In this document: piece after piece, positions 55,934 through 64,000 of the stretch | Numbering within the stretch: position 1 is the stretch's first letter | Layout of the letters: each line of letters begins with the position of its first letter | From: Rhynchopus sp. YZ270_cl-10 | Lineage: Eukaryota | Length of the DNA stretch: 64,000 bases | Direction of reading: 5' to 3' | NCBI GenBank assembly: GCA_964035575.1 | Contig: OZ037839.1 | Location: forward strand, 1,798,001-1,862,000 | Notes under the pieces: generated by a model | What the model saw: the letters and a program-made list of their open reading frames with translations, nothing else | Told to the model about the DNA's origin: nothing | Databases searched by the model: none | Position numbers and translations under genes: made by a program

Positions 55934-57811
55934 ATGGGCTGTTGGAAGTGGCTCGATGCCGCCTTCTCCCTGGACGGGACCCTCGGCAAGCAGGAGTACT
56001 TACGGCGGCGGATGTTCTTCAACTTCAACCTGGGCATGCTGGTCGTCAGCGTGATGTACAGTTTTGTGATGAGCTCCGTGGTCTTCTCCCTGCCACTTAG
56101 TGGGCTGGTGCAGGTAGTTTATGTTGTGTCCTCGTTGCTTGCGATTGGTGTCGTGCTCTTGAAGTACAAGCTCACCTCGTTCCTGATTATGTTGGTCGTG
56201 TTGGGCTATGCCTTTGCGATCTTATTGTGCGACCTCATGGCGCGTGCACTTAGCTATTCTCTGTGGCCGTATGCCGTGCTGCTTGTGGACCTGATGCTGG
56301 TGATGAAGGTGCCGTCGTCGTACAGCGTAGTGATAGTCTGTGTGATAATAGGCTGGCTTGTCCTCATGATGTTTGAGGAGAGCTTCAGGTTCGGTATGCT
56401 GGACATGCCTGGGCTGTGGGGCCCGGAGAAGCGACGTGAGATACTTTACGACAAGGCAGCGTGCGCACTGCCGCCTTGCCCGACCACACCCAGGACTGCA
56501 AGCATCGTTGGCGTGCTTGTCTTCGGGATTGATTTTCTCGCGACACGAGGCTTTGCACGGGACGTGCTGAAGGAGCAGGCGTCCATGGCACAGACAATCA
56601 ACACTGTGCAGGAGATCGCCTCCCTCCTAGCTGGCTACGACGTGGAGAAGGTGGCGGAGCTGCTGGAGGTGCATGGAGCGGACCTGCCTGAGGGGATGCT
56701 TCTTGCACTCAGTACGTTGGAGGCGAACCTGCGTGTGTACAAAGCGTACCTTCCGCAGACGTGTCTGCCTTTTGCCATGGACGCCACCCAGGACACCTCT
56801 CAGGGAGGAACGGACACCGACAGTCAGACGGAAGCATCAGGCAGGGAGTCCACGATGGATGGGTCGGGCAGCACTCTGTTGGCAGGAGTCGCAACAGCGC
56901 GTTCCTTGGGGCTGAGCCACGTGAAGGCAACGCTGCTGATGCTGAACGTGAAGGGGACACTACACCTCCTGGAGGACGGCGCGCGATTCAGTGAACTGTT
57001 CACAGCTCTTCTGCTGAGGGCGCTCAGTGCAACAGAGCTGCAGCGTGGCATGGTGGACGTGTTCATCGGTGACCGCATCCACTGCTCCTTCAACACATCA
57101 CGGCCATGTGCCAGCCACGCCACCTCAGCGCTCCACACGGCGACGCTACTGCTGAAGGGCATAGGTCGCTGCGAGTCCTTCTTCAACATCGGCATCGCAA
57201 CAGGGAAGGTGCTCCGTGGCGACATGGGATGTGAGATGATGCGCCGCTTCAGCATGATCGGCACTCTCGTACGCGACGTGAACGGGATGGAACGTGCGGG
57301 GCGCATCCTCGGCTGCGATGTGCTCTGCAACCGCCTCTGCTTCAGCGACGGGGAGCTGGAGCACCAGCTGCGCCTTATCCCACGCAAGGTGGAGGTGGAC
57401 GCGGGGTGTGACGAGGAGGTGGTGGCCGAGCTGGTGGTGCCGGATGGGAGTGTAGGTACTGAACAAGAAGCTGACGAGTGGATGTACATGATTGGCGGGA
57501 AGAAGCCGTTTGACGACTTCAACAGCTCTGTGCGTGCGTACCTTCGTGGTGACGTCAGTGTCGAGGAGCTGACGGCCACAGCGAGGCTGGCCAATGCACC
57601 ACACAACGTGATGAGCACGGTGGGACGCGAGACACTGCGCCTGCCTGCACGTGCACACAGCACATACGACACCGCTTCGACACAATCGCTGTTTCTGCAG
57701 TGGACAGGAGTGCGCAGAGTTAGCATTGGACAGCGGAGTGCGGATCCGCCACCTGACCCGACAACAACACCGATAAAAGGCTTTTCTGCTGATGTCAGTG
57801 AGAAATCGTGA
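55934..57811 (+). CDS. Multi-pass membrane protein with a degenerate class III nucleotidyl cyclase domain
   Basis: About 6 hydrophobic segments; VDVFIGDRIHCSFN, GIATGKVLRGDMG, RFSMIG. Confidence 0.8.
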   Translation: MGCWKWLDAAFSLDGTLGKQEYLRRRMFFNFNLGMLVVSVMYSFVMSSVVFSLPLSGLVQVVYVVSSLLAIGVVLLKYKLTSFLIMLVVLGYAFAILLCDLMARALSYSLWPYAVLLVDLMLVMKVPSSYSVVIVCVIIGWLVLMMFEESFRFGMLDMPGLWGPEKRREILYDKAACALPPCPTTPRTASIVGVLVFGIDFLATRGFARDVLKEQASMAQTINTVQEIASLLAGYDVEKVAELLEVHGADLPEGMLLALSTLEANLRVYKAYLPQTCLPFAMDATQDTSQGGTDTDSQTEASGRESTMDGSGSTLLAGVATARSLGLSHVKATLLMLNVKGTLHLLEDGARFSELFTALLLRALSATELQRGMVDVFIGDRIHCSFNTSRPCASHATSALHTATLLLKGIGRCESFFNIGIATGKVLRGDMGCEMMRRFSMIGTLVRDVNGMERAGRILGCDVLCNRLCFSDGELEHQLRLIPRKVEVDAGCDEEVVAELVVPDGSVGTEQEADEWMYMIGGKKPFDDFNSSVRAYLRGDVSVEELTATARLANAPHNVMSTVGRETLRLPARAHSTYDTASTQSLFLQWTGVRRVSIGQRSADPPPDPTTTPIKGFSADVSEKS

Positions 57812-59165
57812 AGTAAAGTTGCTAGCAACTGTGTGCACATGACTTTGGGTGTCCCTTCCTCTCGTCTTTTATCAGCAGTGGTGTGGGTGTCTTCACAACA
57901 TCTCGCACATCAGGCCAGAGGCTCGCACTGCCTCCTTAAGTTACGGTGTGTATGGTACCGTTCTGCCAAACGTTATTTCTATAACTTTGGTTGGGAAAAA
58001 ACCTCTGTTATCCGTTATCTGTTTTCCGTTACCTTTTTTTCCTTGTATTCAAAAGTTGGAGTTTTCTGATGTTTTATTTTCTTTTTTCAAATTCAAAAAA
58101 AGATCTTCCGATCTGTGCAATAAAAAAGCGCGCTTTTTTTTTTGTGTAGCTCATCAGAGTTTTTTTTAAGGGGGGGTGAGGGGGGGTTTCACCCCCTCTC
58201 ACGATTTTTTTTTGAGTTTTTAGGGGGGGCGAGCAAAATTTTTGGGTGGTTTTTGGGATTTTTGAGTTTTCTTGGGGGGGTGAGAATGCTTGTGAACTGG
58301 GTGATTCGAGGAGCAAGTTAGAGGGTGGGCGTGTTTTCCAAAGACTTAGTCACTATAAACTACAAGTGTTTCTAGCATTTGACGGACGGAACTCGTAGAA
58401 CCCAACGGGGAATGAGAAAAAGGATGTGGCGAAACAATAAAAGTAGCGTACCGTGCGCCTGCGGCGCAAGCTAGCATCCCACTCTTCCCATGACATGGTA
58501 CTCGTTGCTGACCCCAAAAAAGTGCATGAATGATATTAAAATTTTCCGCCTGCGGCGGGCAGCCCTTGACCTATTTCACCCTCGAAAATTATCCTCTATG
58601 TTTTCACTGGCCCCTTTACCTTACACCCATTTTGACCAAAGCAAGAACTTGCCCATTTCGTCAAATTGACCCCACCACAGCGCGGACGGATTCCAAAACC
58701 CCCACAAACTAGCTTCTCCAGGGTCTTCGCGCGCGAAGCGCGCGAAATTTTTTTTTGCCCAAAAAACATCTCACCCCCCCCTAAGCTCAAAAAAACCGGT
58801 CCCTAAAAAAACCTCTGTAGCTCATCCTCATTGCATCAAACACGAATTCTGTCAAAAACCAATCTACATGCCATCCCCCCAATCACCCCCCTTTATTTTT
58901 AGAAGCGTACAATGCAACAAAACGGTCGAGATCTGATCAAGCGGAACAGATCTATGTTCCCCCTCTTTTCAAAAATTGTGTGTGACTGAGTGTGGGGATG
59001 CGTTCAAGAATTAAACTCTTCCCCCCAAATCCCCCTTTCATCTCCAGTTTTCTTTATCCAAACGTCGAGTGGACGTGTAATAATTTCTCAAACACTTCAA
59101 CCACCCCAGTTTTGCACCTCCACCCTCCCTCCACCCTTCTCCAACCTTCCAACACACTCTCTCCA

Positions 59166-61448
59166 ATGGTCGTTCTGGCAGCCTTGTACGTCGTCTGTGT
59201 CCACACGGCTTCTGTCGATGTGGACTGGGCGGACTTCCTCTCCCGCCAGAGCCCTGTCTGGAACCGCACCACCTTCTTAGCCTGGGAGGACGGACCGTTC
59301 TTTGGCAACGGCCTGGTTGGTGGTATACTACGCCTGAACAGCACCGACCCTGCCAATCCATTCTTCCACATCGACGTTGGCCGCTCCGACGTCTGGGACC
59401 AACGCAGAGCAGGACGAGGAGGCTATGTACCAGGTCTCCCTGGTGATGGCACCTTATTCATGCGCCCCCGGCTTCCTATCGGACATATTCACGTTGATTT
59501 GCCAGGAACGATCGAGGCAATCAACATTACGACTGACCTCCACTCCGCCACCGTCTCTGGAAGTGTTGTGTGCAAAGGAGAGAATGGAACGCACAACATC
59601 ATGGTCCAGCTGTACGCAGTGCATCCATTAGACAGTGCGATGGTTATGCGGTTTGAAGCAGAGTCGTGGCAGGCTGAGCCGTATTTTGTTGCAGATATTT
59701 CGCAGTCCGCTCGCGGGGCGCCTCCAGGTTATAAGCCGAACCCCCCTGCAGAGAGTGGGGTGTTAGATGGGGCGAACGTGACGACCCAGATGTTGTTGTC
59801 TGGAGGCAACTATGCGACGGCGTTGCGGCGGAGCGTGGCGTACCCGGGGACGTGGCATGTGGCTGTGTGCATGGATGCGCCGCAGAGCACCTCTCCACAG
59901 TGCGCTGCGAACAGCACCGCATACAGCGAGGCTAGCCACGCAGCGCTGCTCTCCGCTCACCTCGAGCATTGGGACGCATTTTACAAAAAAAGCTTTGTCT
60001 CTGTCAGCCAAGAAACCGGCAACGCGACGATCCTTGAAGCCTTCTACTGGATCCAAATGTACAAACTAGGTTCCGCACTACGCGAAGACGGCCCTGCACT
60101 GGACCTCATGGGGCCTTGGTACCAACCTTCAGGCTGGCTCTTCTATTGGCTCGATCTGAACATGCAGCTTTCATACTGGCCGCTCTATCTCGCCAACCAT
60201 CTGGACCTAGCTGCGACGTTGCCGACATTCTTCCTCGACGAACGCCACCACGCACAGCTCTTCAACAACTCTGTGGACGGAAAGGGTGCTTCCATCGGCT
60301 CCGCCTGCCCTGCCGACCTTTATTGTGGTACAGGAAACTTCACCGGATCGGTAACCGGAAACCTTGCGTGGGTTTGCGCTGACATCTGGAAACAAATTGC
60401 ACGCACCGAAGAGGGTCCACAAAAGGCCGCACTGCTTCACAAATTCCTCCCCTATTTAGAGAATGCGCTGTTCTTCTACACGAATCACACCGTTCTCAGC
60501 GACAATGTAGCGCACATCCCCTTTACGCTTTCCCCTGAGTACCCTGCGATGAACCCTGCTGGGTTTGACACGAATTACGATCTTGCGTTGTTCCGATGGG
60601 GCCTGGAGACGCTCTTAGCAAACTACCAGCCAGGTTTGACACAGCCAGAGTCATATTGGAGCGACATTCTGACACGCCTTGCAGAGCCGCCCATCAATGA
60701 GTACGGCTACATGGTGAACAATGCGACCAGCTTTGATGTGGCACACCGCCACTTTTCTCATATGTTCCACATCTACCCTCTCAGGATGACGCACAACACA
60801 AGCCTCATCGCGGCCACCTTAGACAGATGGACAAACCTCTCGTGTCCAGCCCATATGTGCGACAATGGCTACACCTTCAGCGGAGCGTCCTCGGTTAGTT
60901 CAATCTTAGGCCGTGCTGACGATGCGGAAGACTTTCTGCTGAAGCTTCTCACCTCCCCAAAGATCCACCAGAGCACCATGTACTCTGAGGGGCACTCTCC
61001 GTGTATTGAGTCGCCTTTGGCTGTCGCTGCGTCGCTGTTGGATATGCTGCTGGTGTGCGAGGATGTGGCGGCCGTGGTGGTATTCCCCGCAGTGCCGACG
61101 TCCTGGCAGAATGCTTCCTTTGCAGGGCTGCTGTGTGACCGTGCGATGGTAGTGTCTGCACAGAGACGTCTCGGCAAGACAGAGTTCGTGGAGTTCATCG
61201 CGTCCAACGCAAGCGAGGCGAAGGCGGTCCCGCTGACGGCAACAGTAGACATCGCGTCCTCCGCTCTGCAGGGGTCTGCGCCGTACGCAGTGGTCAGCAC
61301 AACGGCCACCACAACGACCATCAGTGCGACGCTCGTCCCAGGAGAGGTCTTCGTGCTCTGGGGCAAGGACTCCGAGAAGAAAACCACAGTGTCAGCGAAT
61401 GCAGCGAACGCAGGGCAGTTGCATTATTGGGGGTCTACGCATGGGTGA
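59166..61448 (+). CDS. GH95-like (alpha-L-fucosidase-like) glycoside hydrolase, probably secreted
   Basis: GNGLVG, RSDVWD, HLEHWDAFY, DLNMQLSYW, SPEY, HRHFSHMFHIYP, VFPAVPTSW. Confidence 0.8.
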   Translation: MVVLAALYVVCVHTASVDVDWADFLSRQSPVWNRTTFLAWEDGPFFGNGLVGGILRLNSTDPANPFFHIDVGRSDVWDQRRAGRGGYVPGLPGDGTLFMRPRLPIGHIHVDLPGTIEAINITTDLHSATVSGSVVCKGENGTHNIMVQLYAVHPLDSAMVMRFEAESWQAEPYFVADISQSARGAPPGYKPNPPAESGVLDGANVTTQMLLSGGNYATALRRSVAYPGTWHVAVCMDAPQSTSPQCAANSTAYSEASHAALLSAHLEHWDAFYKKSFVSVSQETGNATILEAFYWIQMYKLGSALREDGPALDLMGPWYQPSGWLFYWLDLNMQLSYWPLYLANHLDLAATLPTFFLDERHHAQLFNNSVDGKGASIGSACPADLYCGTGNFTGSVTGNLAWVCADIWKQIARTEEGPQKAALLHKFLPYLENALFFYTNHTVLSDNVAHIPFTLSPEYPAMNPAGFDTNYDLALFRWGLETLLANYQPGLTQPESYWSDILTRLAEPPINEYGYMVNNATSFDVAHRHFSHMFHIYPLRMTHNTSLIAATLDRWTNLSCPAHMCDNGYTFSGASSVSSILGRADDAEDFLLKLLTSPKIHQSTMYSEGHSPCIESPLAVAASLLDMLLVCEDVAAVVVFPAVPTSWQNASFAGLLCDRAMVVSAQRRLGKTEFVEFIASNASEAKAVPLTATVDIASSALQGSAPYAVVSTTATTTTISATLVPGEVFVLWGKDSEKKTTVSANAANAGQLHYWGSTHG

Positions 61449-61972
61449 GAGAAAATTGGGAGAAAAAGGGAGAGAGTGTTTACATGTCTTATCATTGTTT
61501 ACCAAGGTGTGGCTCAAAAACTCCCGAGTGCAATAATCACAAAAGAAGTACAAAAAATTACACTTTGTTTTTTTTTTTGGGATGAGCCACACCAAAGAAA
61601 AAATCAACCATTTCGAATATGTGTCTGTGTGCTGTTGTTGCTTCATTTTTGTATTCTATTACACCGAAAAAAAAGAAGGAAACATTTTTGTTGATTCCTC
61701 CTCCCGTACTCACCATGCATTGCATGTGTCTCATATAATGCAATAAGGCCGGCGACGCCTGACTATAGGCAGTCTGGCAAATCTATCTGAGGCGTGGCTA
61801 AGGCGTACTGATACTTACAATCGCGCTTCTCTCGCATTGTGCGGTGTGTGTTGTAATACTGTTATCAGAAACTGTGCCGGTAATGGGGAAAAAGTGATTT
61901 TGTTGTATCTTGCCTCCCTCCTCCTCCTTCTCAACACTTACCCCACAACAGAGCAACACTTCACTCGAAACA

Positions 61973-63565
61973 ATGGAACTGTGTGTGCAGGGATATGATG
62001 ATGACACCAAATTCGTGATTGAGGTGGGTGAGAAGGACACAACGGAGACGATGCGGCAGAAGGTGGCGTCTGCAACAGGGTTGTGCGAAGACAGCTTCCG
62101 CATGGGCTTCGGAGGGAAGGAGGAAGGAGAGGACATCACAGAACTGAGTGCTGGAGACACAGTCGTGTTGACGAAAACTACTAAGTACGCATCTGCTGAG
62201 GAACTTCGTGCCTTGGGTGAGACAGACATTTCCGAAGCGAGGTTGGCGACTGTGAAGGATCCTGAGGTGGCTTCTCTGCTTCTTCAGGCGGAGGTTGCGA
62301 CTGTTATTCCTGCTGGGTTCTTGAACGCAGCATCGTTTACGAGACTTGATCTCTCTGCTGTGTCTGTTGTGACGCAGATTCAGCACAACTTTCTCCACGG
62401 GTGTGGGTCGGTGGAAACGGTTGACTTGTCGGGATTGTGCAACGTTACGCACATCGGGAATGACTGTCTCTATCGGTGCCCATCGTTGACAAGCCTTGAC
62501 GTGTCAGGGTTCACTGGTGTGACGGTGATAGGGAACTCGTTCCTCCGCGGAAGTGGCATCACAGAGCTTGACTTGTCCGCGATGACGAGCGTGACGACGG
62601 TTGGTGAATACTTTCTTCTCAACTGCAAGTCGTTGGAAAGTCTTGACATCTCAGGATGGCGCAGAGTCACGCACATTGAAGACGGCTTCCTCAAGAACTG
62701 CACCTCGTTGGCAACCATTGATTTGTCAGCTTTTTGCAGCGTCACGAAGATCGGTTGTGACTTTCTCTTCAACTGCACGTCGTTGACCACCATCAGCTTT
62801 TCAGGGATGACCAATGTGACGGACATTGGGAACAGCTTTTGTGCGGACTGCACCTCGTTGGAAAAGATTGATTTGACAGCACTGCACAGGGTTGTGAAGG
62901 TGGAGCGCGACTTCCTTTGGAGGTGCACCTCGCTGACAAGTATCGACCTCTCAGCTTTTGCCAGTACCAGAGGCGTTGGGCACAGCTTTCTTGGTCACTG
63001 TTCATCATTGAAAACAGTTGATTTATCAGTGTTGCGCAGCATCGCACGCATTGAGTCAGGTTGGATGCAAAGGTGCTCCGCGTTGACAACAGCAGACTTC
63101 TCAGGACTGAGCAATGTTGAGTTCATTTGTGCACAGTTCCTGCAAGGGTGCACATCCTTGACCACGTTGGACATGTCAGGTATAGGCAGTGACACGCCGA
63201 TCCAGCACCACTTCCTGGACAACTGCAACGCACTCACAACAGTCGTCTTGCCAGGCAACATCGACATTCACGAGATGTCTCTCCCGAATGAATCCCAAAA
63301 GAACCATGGCTTTGGCGTCACGAAGACCTTCCATGCACGTGCGCGTGACATTTACGCAAGGTTTACGGAACAGTTCGGAGGTGTGCGGACAGAAGATCTG
63401 GTACGAACAGACGTGTCTGGAGATGCAAGACAATGTATTGCATTGAAAGCAGGACAAGAAGGAGAAGGTTTGATGCAAGCAGAAGAGGACGAGGACAAGC
63501 AGGAACTGGACAAACAGGAGCATGACAAGCAAGGGCATTTGGAGTGGCGGAGACACGCAGAGTGA
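61973..63565 (+). CDS. UBL-LRR copy 9 (530 aa)
   Basis: Intact ORF, same framework, 25 kb from the nearest copy. Confidence 0.9.
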   Translation: MELCVQGYDDDTKFVIEVGEKDTTETMRQKVASATGLCEDSFRMGFGGKEEGEDITELSAGDTVVLTKTTKYASAEELRALGETDISEARLATVKDPEVASLLLQAEVATVIPAGFLNAASFTRLDLSAVSVVTQIQHNFLHGCGSVETVDLSGLCNVTHIGNDCLYRCPSLTSLDVSGFTGVTVIGNSFLRGSGITELDLSAMTSVTTVGEYFLLNCKSLESLDISGWRRVTHIEDGFLKNCTSLATIDLSAFCSVTKIGCDFLFNCTSLTTISFSGMTNVTDIGNSFCADCTSLEKIDLTALHRVVKVERDFLWRCTSLTSIDLSAFASTRGVGHSFLGHCSSLKTVDLSVLRSIARIESGWMQRCSALTTADFSGLSNVEFICAQFLQGCTSLTTLDMSGIGSDTPIQHHFLDNCNALTTVVLPGNIDIHEMSLPNESQKNHGFGVTKTFHARARDIYARFTEQFGGVRTEDLVRTDVSGDARQCIALKAGQEGEGLMQAEEDEDKQELDKQEHDKQGHLEWRRHAE

Positions 63566-64000
63566 CGCCGCCAGCTGCGCACTGCTCCCTCGAAGCTGCA
63601 CGACGCACACCCTCACAGGCCACTCCTCCCGCAAGCACTGCAGACAACAGAGCTGGAATCGCTGCTGCACAGCTTACTGGCAGCCCTACAATATCATGAC
63701 ATGTACGACAGTTTGTGTGGAGAGAGGCTTAGGTTGATCTCATAAACATTTCAAGTGCAATACGCGTTTTCGGATGTCACGAGTCTTACTGTTTCCCCTT
63801 CCCCCCTTTTGTGTCTCAGCACCTTACTTTTTCAATATGCGGGTTTTCGAGGGGTTTTTGGGTTTTTGGTTTTTCGGGTTTTTGGGGGGTTCCAAAAACA
63901 AAGAGAAAGGATGGATACGATGAACAAAGAGCAGGACGACAGCAAAATAGAGAACGGGGGCGTGTTTCATTTTTGTTTCACTGTTTCAAGGTAACCAAGC

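Overview
Eukaryotic genomic DNA. All host genes are intronless and on the + strand, several with upstream pyrimidine tracts, which suggests a euglenozoan (diplonemid/kinetoplastid-like) polycistronic cluster; the taxon is an inference. The dominant feature is a family of nine ubiquitin-like (UBL) + BspA-like LRR genes. Their framework is almost invariant, while 4-5 codons in each of 13 repeats are hypervariable and shared as a mosaic among copies, resembling a diversified receptor repertoire. Two copies are disrupted by three retro-type insertions with 18-21 bp target duplications inside one ~85 bp UBL-LRR linker. Two of these hit the same site and share only a 3' stem-loop. The LRR genes are followed by a diverged relic of the terminal repeats of a tyrosine-recombinase retrotransposon, of which an apparently intact copy (YR then RT/RNase H, split direct repeats) lies inside an 8.5 kb nest of TIR elements. 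Other genes: two copies of a small UBL protein, a purple acid phosphatase (one intact, one broken by an inversion), a UBL-TPR-like protein, a CAP-domain membrane protein, a degenerate class III cyclase and a GH95-like glycosidase. All comparisons were made by eye, so coordinates may be off by a few bases.
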